NCBI GenBank assembly: GCA_020632015.1
Contig: JACKGI010000003.1
Location: forward strand, 65,421 to 129,420
From: Candidatus Nomurabacteria bacterium
GTDB lineage: Bacteria > Patescibacteriota > Minisyncoccia > Phycocordibacterales > UBA918
Direction: 5' to 3'
DNA: 64,000 nucleotides
Numbering within the stretch: the stretch's first letter is position 1; each line of letters begins with the position of its first letter. Positions 17,546 to 25,502 of the stretch are shown here, piece after piece. The notes under the pieces are model-generated. The model was given only the letters and a program-made list of their open reading frames with translations, made no database searches and was not told the DNA's origin. The position numbers were made by a program, and so were the translations under genes.

Positions 17546-17570
17546 ATTGGCTAGCTCATATAAAAAAGAA

Positions 17571-17606
17571 AGCCCCGAGCACTCTTGCGAGTACTCGGGG
17601 ACTTGG
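17571..17606 (-). terminator. Rho-independent terminator of the flotillin operon
   Basis: On the minus strand CCCCGAGTACTCGCAAGAGTGCTCGGGG is followed by CTTTCTTTTTT. Confidence 0.7.
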
Positions 17607-17628
17607 TTTAGGTTAGAGGACAGAAGGC

Positions 17629-19017
17629 TTACTTCTCTTCGTCGAGCTGCGTCTGCTCTTCTTCAGTTGGTTGCGGCTTCTCCGGAGTGTCCACCACCTT
17701 GTCTGAAGTCGAGTTGGCCAGCTTGCCCATGATGGACTTGCCGAGCGGGCTCTGTGCGAACGCTTCGACCGCCGAGGCCAGGTGGGTGCCACCCTTGGAA
17801 GTGAATAGGTCCATGACGTTGGTCATCCCTTCGCCAGGCTTACCGGCGTTGGAGATGACCTTGACGTCGGCCGACTGCAGTGCTTTCGCCTGCTCGCTGC
17901 CGACCGTCCGGTAGGCTCCGATCGCCTCGATCGCCCGCAGGTACTCCTGGTACTCGGGCAACGAAGCGATCTTCTCCGCCAGAGCGATCTGGGCATTGAC
18001 CGGCGCCATGAGGATTGCCTGTTCGGCCTCACCTTTAGCGACACCGTTCACACGCACACCCTCGGCTTCACGCTTGGCAGCTTCGAGCTTACCATCCGCT
18101 TCACGGATAGCAACCTCGCGCTGCTGGTCAGCAGCGACAATGGCCGCGTCGCGATCGATCTCGGCTTGTTGCACCTGACCGACTTTGACGACTGCCATTT
18201 CCTTGGCTTTGGTGTTGGCTTCTTCGGTCTTCACCTCCTGCGACGCCTTCTGCTGCGCGATGCCGACGACCTTTTCCTTCTCGGCCGTCCGTTCACCGAC
18301 AGCCTGTTCGGCCTGCTGGCGTTGGATGTCGACTTCACGTTGCGCGGTTATCTCCGCCATTTCGGCCTCACGTTTGTTCGACGCGACTTCCTTCCGGCTT
18401 TCCATCTCGATGTGAGACTTCTTCTTCGCCATGATGTTGGAAATTACGTGGCTGTCGTGGCTGTCACGGATGTCCATGAGCTCCATTGCCTTGACTGGTT
18501 CCACACCCCACTCGGCGAGTTGTTCGGTAACCTCGTTAGTGAAGAGGTCGCCAAACTGTGCGCGCTCGAGCATGATCTTGTCGATCACGTCAGAGGCGAG
18601 CACCTTGCGGACGGCGCCTTGGACGATCAGGTCCAATTGCTCGTCGAGGTCTCCCATACTCGCTACACGCTGTGCAGCACGCGCCGTATCGGCAATCCGG
18701 AAGAACGCCGTAACGTCGACCATGAACGGTACCCGGTCCTTGTCATACGCTTCGTAGCCCTTGAGGCTGCGATCGAAGTTGGACACAGGAAGTTCGATGA
18801 CAGTGACCCCAAACCTCGGAATCCAGCTCGGCCAACGGTAATAGACGTTGCCACTGTTGTTGCCGGTGCCGTAGGGTGTGGTCTTATGGCTACTCTGGAC
18901 GATATGCACCATATTGGTGCTCACGACCTTGCGGAAGAGGATCGCCAGAATGATGACAAAAACGAGCAGGATGCCGACCAGAATGAGTCCGACCGACAAG
19001 AAGGGAATATTTAACAT
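17629..19017 (-). CDS. SPFH/Band-7 flotillin-family protein (FloT/YqiK-like)
   Basis: N-terminal TM helix, SPFH domain, and a long Ala/Glu-rich flotillin-type coiled coil (EAEMAEITAQREVDIQRQQAEQA...). GC-rich codon usage. Confidence 0.8.
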   Translation of the reverse strand: MLNIPFLSVGLILVGILLVFVIILAILFRKVVSTNMVHIVQSSHKTTPYGTGNNSGNVYYRWPSWIPRFGVTVIELPVSNFDRSLKGYEAYDKDRVPFMVDVTAFFRIADTARAAQRVASMGDLDEQLDLIVQGAVRKVLASDVIDKIMLERAQFGDLFTNEVTEQLAEWGVEPVKAMELMDIRDSHDSHVISNIMAKKKSHIEMESRKEVASNKREAEMAEITAQREVDIQRQQAEQAVGERTAEKEKVVGIAQQKASQEVKTEEANTKAKEMAVVKVGQVQQAEIDRDAAIVAADQQREVAIREADGKLEAAKREAEGVRVNGVAKGEAEQAILMAPVNAQIALAEKIASLPEYQEYLRAIEAIGAYRTVGSEQAKALQSADVKVISNAGKPGEGMTNVMDLFTSKGGTHLASAVEAFAQSPLGKSIMGKLANSTSDKVVDTPEKPQPTEEEQTQLDEEK

Positions 19018-19049
19018 GAGTTACCTCTCTTTGTGTCTGTTGTGTGGAG

Positions 19050-19286
19050 TCACAGAAGCGCGACATCCACGGCCTTTTGGACAGGATGTCCGTCTTTCAG
19101 GAAGTTGCCGAGCAAAAACTCAACCTCAAGCCCCTTGGCAAGCTGAATACCTCCGTGAACGGAAGCAACTTCAAACTTTTTCCAATGAAGCTTATTGGTC
19201 TTGTCATTGACTCGGACCTTCCAAACCGTATCGTCACCGACTCTGTCAGAGCCAATAACGAAGCCTTTTAGCCTTACGTTTTCAAT
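19050..19286 (-). CDS. small protein upstream of flotillin (NfeD-like position), no canonical start codon
   Basis: Open frame IENVRLKGFVIGSDRVGDDTVWKVRVND...VDVALL found by manual translation. AGGAGG lies 7 nt upstream of an ATT codon. No ATG/GTG/TTG near the 5' end. Confidence 0.35.
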   Translation of the reverse strand: MENVRLKGFVIGSDRVGDDTVWKVRVNDKTNKLHWKKFEVASVHGGIQLAKGLEVEFLLGNFLKDGHPVQKAVDVALL

Positions 19287-19443
19287 CGTAATTCCTCCTC
19301 TATGTTAAGGTTCAAAAAATTTCGGCATACAAATGCCGAAAACTAATGCTAGTATACACAATATTGTCAATATGTCAAGCCCAAGATTTTGCTACACGGC
19401 TTCAAATAAGGACTAATGTCACACAAATTGATACAATGCGCAT

Positions 19444-20436
19444 ATGAAACAGTTAAAACAACTATCGCCCTTGTTTCCGAAAGATATTGTGACTGATCCG
19501 GTCACAAGCCAGGAAGAGCTTGATGCGGCATTTCAACAGCACGCTGAATACTCGCACACCTACGTACAGACTGCCGTGTACTGGGAAGATCTACGAAAAT
19601 GGTATGAGGATCGCTGGCCCAAGGTGCATAAATATCTTGATAGTGATTTTCTTGATCGCTTCAAGCTAGAACAAGAGCATCAAGCTCGTGTTTGGGAATT
19701 TCATCTTGCAGCGACGCTTCTCGACAAGGGCTTTATACTCAAAGAAAAGGCTTGGGATTATGGACCAGATTTTTGTATAACACTACCGAGCGCAAAAAAT
19801 ATTTGGATTGAAGCGATTACTTGTGATCTGGGAACAGTAGACCCCGTAGAACCACATCCACATATGGAGTCAGGTGTCATCTATTCCTTTGGCGGAAATA
19901 TTGAAGATACGCATCGTCCGCGCGCACTCAGAATAACCAACGCGATAGGGACAAAGTATGAGAAGTTCAAACAATATCTGAAAGACTCAGAGCACAGCGG
20001 TGTCAAGGACAAGGACTGCTTAATCGTCGCAATTAACGGTAGCGCGATACAACATTTTGCTGATCCGAATATGCTTTTCAAACGAGCCGTGTTTGGGCAA
20101 GGGCCTGACGTACTTGTGAAAGTTCCCGGCAAAGAAAAGTTACAGGGTGGTTTTTACAAACCTGTTCCTACAATTCCCAAGAAAGCAATCGGAGGCGAAT
20201 ACAATGTGCCTGCAACATTCATGGAGATGGATGAATTTTCTCAGATCAGTGCGATATTGTACTGTGGCCACACAGTGTCGCATAGCTGGTTAAACGAATA
20301 CAACGTCGGTGATGATTTTTTGTTTGCGTACCACGCAAAGCCGAAGAATCCTATTCCGACAGAGACGTTTCGATTTGGTCGAGGTATTCGTAAAAATATA
20401 CAGACGTCAGCGATAACAGACCAAGAGCAAACATAG
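19444..20436 (+). CDS. hypothetical protein, weak PD-(D/E)xK-like pattern
   Basis: 330-aa ORF containing GPDFCITLPSAKNIWIEAIT (D...E-x-? spacing). TACAAT lies 7 nt upstream of the ATG. The function call is weak. Confidence 0.5.
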   Translation: MKQLKQLSPLFPKDIVTDPVTSQEELDAAFQQHAEYSHTYVQTAVYWEDLRKWYEDRWPKVHKYLDSDFLDRFKLEQEHQARVWEFHLAATLLDKGFILKEKAWDYGPDFCITLPSAKNIWIEAITCDLGTVDPVEPHPHMESGVIYSFGGNIEDTHRPRALRITNAIGTKYEKFKQYLKDSEHSGVKDKDCLIVAINGSAIQHFADPNMLFKRAVFGQGPDVLVKVPGKEKLQGGFYKPVPTIPKKAIGGEYNVPATFMEMDEFSQISAILYCGHTVSHSWLNEYNVGDDFLFAYHAKPKNPIPTETFRFGRGIRKNIQTSAITDQEQT

Positions 20437-20667
20437 TCAAACATGCATGTACGTGGGCACCACGAACTCAAATCGAAGCCACTAAGCGAACACCCGCAAC
20501 ACCGAGCAGCCCACGCGAGCATCTTATGCGAGCAAAGCGTGCGAGGTGTTGCAGGTGTGAGCGGACGTTACATTACCACAAACGCTTGAAGGTGGCGCCC
20601 GAGTGAGCGAGGTGCGGAGAAGTAGCGAACGGTATTGCGTAAGCAATAAACTGGTTTAGTGAGCTAC

Positions 20668-20881
20668 TTTGCAGCACCTCGCGAACTCCCGAAACAAATC
20701 TCTTTTCTTTGCTTTTTCATTTTTTTCGCCCCCCATTTTTTCTTGTTAAAAGCGGAAAAGAAAAGAGTTTGTTTCGGTCGGCGGAACGGAGTGGAGCCGA
20801 GGGCGCGGCTGAGCGGGTTATTAGTCAAACTCTTGCGGATTTTGTTCGTAGAGCGTTCGAACTTCGTTCAAAAAGCACCGC
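20668..20881. repeat. inverted repeat B' (outer copy)
   Basis: Perfect reverse complement of 17332-17545. Ends with CCGC at the junction with AT-rich flank. Confidence 0.9.
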
Positions 20882-20940
20882 TACGAATACTGGTTATCGG
20901 CAGACCTGCAGGCTCTTATTTAGAGCCATATAAAATTGCC

Positions 20941-20981
20941 GTTCGAATCCCTGAGGGGTTACACCCCTCAGGGATTCGAAC
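20941..20981. repeat. perfect palindrome with 19-bp arms containing a T-loop-like TTCGAATCC
   Basis: GTTCGAATCCCTGAGGGGT-TAC-ACCCCTCAGGGATTCGAAC, located between the element's right junction and the HIT promoter. Confidence 0.8.
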
Positions 20982-20999
20982 TTTTGGTATACTCTGGAC

Positions 21000-21359
21000 A
21001 TGAATGACTGTATTTTTTGTGACATTGTAAATAAAACATCTCCAGCAACATTTCTCTACGAAGATGAAGAAGTCGCTGTCATTGAAACAATCGAACCTAT
21101 TTCGAAAGGTCATGTCTTGGTTATTCCTAAACATCACTATGTGAACATTCTTGATATAGACAACATTCTATTAGAGAGAATCACAGCCGTGACTAAAAAT
21201 ATAGCAAAAGGCCAGATTTCTAAACATCATGCCGGTGGCGTTAATGTTCTGCATGCAGCTGGCAAAGCGGCGCAGCAATCAGTTTTTCATTTTCACATTC
21301 ACATTGTACCTCGGTATGAAGATGATAATTTAGATCTCTGGTTTAGAAACAATCTATAA
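21000..21359 (+). CDS. HIT-family nucleotide hydrolase/transferase
   Basis: Histidine triad HFHIHIVPR and HVLVIPKHH. Preceded by TGGTATACT 6 nt upstream. Confidence 0.85.
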   Translation: MNDCIFCDIVNKTSPATFLYEDEEVAVIETIEPISKGHVLVIPKHHYVNILDIDNILLERITAVTKNIAKGQISKHHAGGVNVLHAAGKAAQQSVFHFHIHIVPRYEDDNLDLWFRNNL

Positions 21360-21363
21360 AAGT

Positions 21364-22005
21364 ATGCATATACTTCACTACCACTTCCTGCAGACCAATA
21401 AAGAACTCGGAGAAGTTGCTGAACGAATGCGAGAAATTTTTGATGCAACGATAGAAAAGATAGTTTCACTCACCGAAGAAGTAGAAACAGATATTGTCAT
21501 TCGCCACAGCCCACAAAATGTAATTTCGGAATTAGGTATCTCGGGGCAATACACCAAAGATGCACGATGCATTGATATCTACGTAGATCTCGATAATACA
21601 CATCTCAAAAACAACTTCGAAACAGAAGTTGCACGTACACTTATTCATGAGTACATGCATGTGGTGCGTGAACAGTATGTGCCATGGGAAAACGGGACGT
21701 TGCTAGATTCTCTCATTGCAGAAGGTCTAACCCAAAGCTTTGAGTTAGAGGTGCAACCAGAGCTGCCCCCTTCAATTTACGCCACTTCTTTCACAGAAGA
21801 TGAGTTACAGGATTTGTGGAATAAGGCAAAAGATATCTTAGATCAACGTGGCTGGGCCAATGACGAATGGTTTTTTGGTGGCGATAATATTAAACGTTGG
21901 TCTGGGTATTCACTCGGTTTTAAGCTGGTGCAAGAAAAAATTAAAGAGAGCGGTTTAAAGTCGAGTGAGCTATACAAGTTACCATCAGCAGAGTTTATAG
22001 GGTAG
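21364..22005 (+). CDS. putative zinc metalloprotease-like protein (HExxH; DUF2268-like)
   Basis: HEYMH motif in a 213-aa ORF. The family call is tentative. Confidence 0.5.
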   Translation: MHILHYHFLQTNKELGEVAERMREIFDATIEKIVSLTEEVETDIVIRHSPQNVISELGISGQYTKDARCIDIYVDLDNTHLKNNFETEVARTLIHEYMHVVREQYVPWENGTLLDSLIAEGLTQSFELEVQPELPPSIYATSFTEDELQDLWNKAKDILDQRGWANDEWFFGGDNIKRWSGYSLGFKLVQEKIKESGLKSSELYKLPSAEFIG

Positions 22006-22066
22006 CGGGACTAAATACTTAGTATCGGATGACCCGGAGGGTTCGAGTCCCGGAGCCCCCGCCGTT
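22006..22066 (+). other. tRNA-like 3' fragment (T-loop GGTTCGAGTCC plus acceptor-like CCCCCGCC), not a complete tRNA
   Basis: GCGGG...GGGTTCGAGTCCCGGAGCCCCCGCC lies directly after the stop codon. No anticodon arm could be folded. Confidence 0.3.
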
Positions 22067-22119
22067 TAGAGCTAGCACGAAACACTATGTTTAGTGCTAG
22101 TTTTGTTTATAATAAAAAC

Positions 22120-22416
22120 ATGGCAGTTAAAAAAGCAAATACTGACTTTAGACATCGTATGACCAGTGACATACAGGCAGTATTAGATAAGAATAAAGAT
22201 GTGATGAAGTTATGGGAAAAACTAACCCCACTAGCTCGTAACGAGTGGATTTGTTGGGTAACAATAGTAAAGAAAAAAGAGACTCGTGAAGAACATTTAA
22301 TACGACTGTGCGAAGATTTAAAAAAGGGTAAACGTCGTCCTTGTTGTTGGCCGGGCTGTCCGCATCGTAGGGAGGGCGCAAAGAAATGGTTTGGAAAAAA
22401 TCAAAAAGCAAAGTGA
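22120..22416 (+). CDS. YdeI/OmpD-associated family-like protein
   Basis: W(I)CWVTIVKKKETREEHLIRLCEDLKKGKRR resembles the WI..AK..ETR..R motif of YdeI C-terminal domains. Start at the second ATG. Confidence 0.5.
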   Translation: MAVKKANTDFRHRMTSDIQAVLDKNKDVMKLWEKLTPLARNEWICWVTIVKKKETREEHLIRLCEDLKKGKRRPCCWPGCPHRREGAKKWFGKNQKAK

Positions 22417-22433
22417 TATTTTACTGTTTGTGT

Positions 22434-22464
22434 TAATGGCCGGAAAGCTTCGCTTTCCGGCCAT
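22434..22464. terminator. strong hairpin (14-bp stem) after the YdeI-like gene
   Basis: AATGGCCGGAAAGC-TTC-GCTTTCCGGCCATT followed by an A-run, so it could also act for the minus strand. Confidence 0.5.
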
Positions 22465-22465
22465 T

Positions 22466-22489
22466 AAAAAACCGCAGTTACCTGCGGTT
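22466..22489 (-). terminator. terminator of hydrolase paralog 1
   Basis: Minus strand AACCGCAGGTAACTGCGGTT plus TTTTTT. The same hairpin recurs at 23303-23325. Confidence 0.7.
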
Positions 22490-22508
22490 AGATTTTGTCT
22501 GCTATTTC

Positions 22509-23222
22509 CTAAATTCTATCAGTTATTATTTTAAGAACAGGAATACTAGACACTAGTCCGTAATGGCTAGTTTTCACAGTGGTATTTTCCAACTGGTCAG
22601 ATTCCTTCACGACATCTTCTGGAAAAAAGGCATTATCTCCAAACACTATACAATCAAGTGCGCCACGTACAGCCGTGATTGGTATTTCTTCAGGTATGAC
22701 CTGTATACCATTTGTTAAATCATGCTGGATTTGTTTGTGTAACCACTCCTTGAACCATTCCGGTAGAAAATTGTGAACGGGATTGTGTTGCGTGGGGGAA
22801 CCAAGAGTTATTATCTGTCTAATCAAGTGCGGGTATTTGGTCGCTAGATATCTAGCGTCAACACCTCCCAAACTTGAGCCGACAAGAGTAACTTTTTGGT
22901 TGTGTAAGGCAGAAAGTAATTCCAGAACAGGAACAATGTATCGTTCACGGTCAAAGATTCTGCCGTTGTTAAATCCAAGTCCCCAGGTTGAAGCATTGTA
23001 TCCAAGGCTACGTAAGGATTGAGCCATAAGCCACATGGTCAAGTCATTGGCACCAAATCCCGGTATACAAACTATCAGTTCTCCATTTCCTCGCTTGATT
23101 TTATTAAGAAGCAAATACACATAAAGTGTTGGTTTGTGTATGAGTATGCTGACGAGGCCAACGATAAATTCAAACACAACTAACACTATGTACGGAAAAC
23201 AGAGAAGCTTTTTAATCTCCAT
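22509..23222 (-). CDS. alpha/beta hydrolase (lipase/esterase-like), TM anchored
   Basis: Nucleophile elbow GSSLGG, N-terminal TM. Paralog of 23335-24177. Confidence 0.7.
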   Translation of the reverse strand: MEIKKLLCFPYIVLVVFEFIVGLVSILIHKPTLYVYLLLNKIKRGNGELIVCIPGFGANDLTMWLMAQSLRSLGYNASTWGLGFNNGRIFDRERYIVPVLELLSALHNQKVTLVGSSLGGVDARYLATKYPHLIRQIITLGSPTQHNPVHNFLPEWFKEWLHKQIQHDLTNGIQVIPEEIPITAVRGALDCIVFGDNAFFPEDVVKESDQLENTTVKTSHYGLVSSIPVLKIITDRI

Positions 23223-23302
23223 TTAACCCTCTCCAAATTTTAATGAACCAAACTAGACTATATGATAATAAATACAACGTGTCTATCTTTATATGTAAGT
23301 GT

Positions 23303-23325
23303 AAAACCGCAGTTACCTGCGGTTT
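23303..23325 (-). terminator. terminator of hydrolase paralog 2 (duplicate of 22466-22489)
   Basis: Identical AACCGCAGGTAACTGCGGTT hairpin plus T-run on the minus strand. Confidence 0.7.
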
Positions 23326-23334
23326 GAATAGTAC

Positions 23335-24177
23335 TCATTTCTCACAATAAGGAGCCCAAGTCTTCTCTTGAGAAAGTCTATCAGCAATTATTCTCAGGGC
23401 CGAGACACTAAATCCAAGTCCAAAATGATTGTTGATTACTGGTAGGTTTTCTCTAGGAAAATGTACTAAGTTTTCTTCATACATTGCTCCGTTTTTATCT
23501 TTGACCAAAGTATCAGCTAGGCCGTAAATTGCCGTGACAGGTATATTTGGTGAAACTGTATTTAGTGCTCCACTTACATCGTGATAAAAATAATCATTTA
23601 GACTATCTCTGAGAAAAGTGGGGAGCGGGTTACTTCTGAAGGGTGTCCCGAGTGTAATCACACTTCTCACTAGTTCAGGGTGTCTACTGGCAAAATCAAC
23701 TGCTCTGGCTCCACCAATACTCCAGCCAACCAAATTTACCTTTTGGTCATGTTTGAGAACGAGCTCTAAGATAAACTCCAAAAACAAATTATTTTTGGTA
23801 GAAAAGTTACTAGTACTCAGTCCTTGTTCCCAAGTGTGAGCTCTGAACCCTAGTCGATTGAGCGAACTTACCATTGGACTGACTATCAAGTCATTAGTCC
23901 ACAGTGGGGGGATAACTACAACCAGCTCTCCGTCGCCTCGACTGATTGTTTTGTTCTGTATGTTTAGGTAGAGGAAAGGTTTGTGTGTAATTAATGTTAC
24001 TGTGCCGAAAATTGGTTCGGTCGGAAAAAGTACAAGATATATTACTTCATCTAAGAAAGTCCTTTCAGTTTGTTCTGAGTAGTTGATTTCGCAGGCCACC
24101 TTTTTACTCAAGGTAGTACAGCCACCTAGTATTCCTGTAAACGTAAGGAATACAAAGAAAAGCAGTGTCTTTTTCAT
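23335..24177 (-). CDS. alpha/beta hydrolase lipoprotein (lipase/esterase-like)
   Basis: Lipobox ILGGC after the signal peptide. Nucleophile elbow GWSIGG. Confidence 0.7.
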   Translation of the reverse strand: MKKTLLFFVFLTFTGILGGCTTLSKKVACEINYSEQTERTFLDEVIYLVLFPTEPIFGTVTLITHKPFLYLNIQNKTISRGDGELVVVIPPLWTNDLIVSPMVSSLNRLGFRAHTWEQGLSTSNFSTKNNLFLEFILELVLKHDQKVNLVGWSIGGARAVDFASRHPELVRSVITLGTPFRSNPLPTFLRDSLNDYFYHDVSGALNTVSPNIPVTAIYGLADTLVKDKNGAMYEENLVHFPRENLPVINNHFGLGFSVSALRIIADRLSQEKTWAPYCEK

Positions 24178-24282
24178 GAGCTATTCCTTTTATTAATGAA
24201 CAAGTGTTTAACTAAAATCAGAGTATCAAACACTAAGGTTTAGGCAAGGGCAAGAAAATCCATATTTGCTATACTTATTGCC

Positions 24283-24993
24283 ATGACAAAATCTAAGACA
24301 GCTCTGGTGATTGGAGCAAGTGGAGGTATTGGGCAAGCGGTAGTAGAGGAATTAGTTAGCGCCGGTTTTAAAGTGGTTATCTCTGCTCGCAACAAAGAAA
24401 AACTAGAAACGCTAGCCAGCTCGTTGCCAGAGAACACTGTCACTATAATTCCTGCAAATATCTCAGAAAAAGATTCTATCGAAAAGCTTTTTCTGGAAAT
24501 TGAGAACAGGCTAGAAAATCCTGTTGGTGTAGTAGTGGTGGCGGCTGGTGGCTGGGCTCCAAATACTTTTGAGAATGACCTCGCTAGTTTTGAAGATAAC
24601 TTTACACAAATGGTTGAGCAAAATTTGACTGGTCCAGCTTTGGCTTTATTCGCAGGAGCTAAGTATTTAAAGAAACAAGGTGGGGGAATCTTGGTAAATG
24701 TCTCTTCTCATGCTGCACGAAAATCATTAGCCGGAAATCTCGGTTATGGTCCAACAAAAAGTGGAATCCATTGGTTTACTCAGCTACTCAATAACGAGGT
24801 TGGTGAGACTGTCAGGGTGACAGACATTCAGCCGGCCGTAGTTAATACCGGAAGTATGACTAAACAATTAGGTGAGTGTTCCCATAAGGCTATCCAGCCT
24901 GAAGATATTGGCAAGGTGGTTGTGCTTTTAACTCAGTTGTCATTACACACCACTGTTTCCCAGATTCATCTTGATGCAAATTACGAGTTTTAA
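24283..24993 (+). CDS. short-chain dehydrogenase/reductase
   Basis: Cofactor motif GASGGIGQA and SDR length. TGCTATACT lies 7 nt upstream of the ATG. Confidence 0.85.
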   Translation: MTKSKTALVIGASGGIGQAVVEELVSAGFKVVISARNKEKLETLASSLPENTVTIIPANISEKDSIEKLFLEIENRLENPVGVVVVAAGGWAPNTFENDLASFEDNFTQMVEQNLTGPALALFAGAKYLKKQGGGILVNVSSHAARKSLAGNLGYGPTKSGIHWFTQLLNNEVGETVRVTDIQPAVVNTGSMTKQLGECSHKAIQPEDIGKVVVLLTQLSLHTTVSQIHLDANYEF

Positions 24994-25012
24994 AATGTTA
25001 AAATAATTTCCA

Positions 25013-25456
25013 ATGCCTTTCCCAGAAAAAAAATTGAAAGTACTACAAACCGTAGATAATGCGTTTGATATCGGAACACGTGAAAATTACGTCCTCAATA
25101 ACTGGTTGCTATTTATCAACCTCCTGCTAATTGGAGTTTTTGCCCTAGATGTAGTGGAGCACTATGGTTTGGTACACGCTAGTGAAAGCTTTCATACATT
25201 AATTAGAGATTTGGAGATAATCTTTGGAATGATATTCCTGATGGAGTTTACTCTACGTTCGGTGTTTGTGTATATTCCTGACAAAAAGTTTTTGTCCTTG
25301 TATTCGATTATTAACGCCTTAGTCATAGTCTCACTTTTAGCACCGCATTTTATTGGGAATCTAGCTCTACTTAGATTCTTACAAATCTATAAAATCTATA
25401 AAGTCTATAATTTGAATAAAGATAAAAGGAGTTATCACTCTGAATCAACTATTTAA
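25013..25456 (+). CDS. small membrane protein resembling a stand-alone voltage-sensor (S1-S4-like) domain
   Basis: Four hydrophobic helices. The last carries spaced basic residues (LRFLQIYKIYKVYNL) encoded by a 9-mer DNA repeat. Assignment tentative. Confidence 0.45.
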   Translation: MPFPEKKLKVLQTVDNAFDIGTRENYVLNNWLLFINLLLIGVFALDVVEHYGLVHASESFHTLIRDLEIIFGMIFLMEFTLRSVFVYIPDKKFLSLYSIINALVIVSLLAPHFIGNLALLRFLQIYKIYKVYNLNKDKRSYHSESTI

Positions 25457-25502
25457 CTTAAAACCCACCTCTGACATTAGATTTCAGGGTGGGTGCAGTG
25501 TT

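Larger units (their letters stand above)
15438..20881. mobile_element. GC-rich integrative element with A'-recombinase-AB-cargo-B' repeat architecture
   Basis: Abrupt shift to GC-rich composition. Serine recombinase at the left end. CCGC at both ends (15438-15441 and 20878-20881). Long inverted repeats as listed separately. Confidence 0.7.

Noticed and set aside
18166-19014. 282-aa + strand ORF, plus several 60-110-aa ORFs on both strands, between 17687 and 19210
   Set aside because: They lie antisense to or overlapping the well-supported flotillin gene in GC-rich DNA, where long spurious open frames are expected. Their products are low-complexity Arg/Leu/Asp-rich peptides with no motifs.
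20437-20667. GC-rich 230-bp non-coding stretch with imperfect inverted repeats (20487-20517 versus 20537-20566; ATTGC-GTAA-GCAAT at 20633-20646) as a separate RNA gene
   Set aside because: Only imperfect hairpins were seen, and no recognisable RNA family features. It is treated as part of the element's internal non-coding DNA.
20941-20981. A tRNA gene at the T-loop-like palindrome
   Set aside because: No 5' T-stem partner, no D or anticodon arms. Both strands read identically because it is a perfect palindrome.
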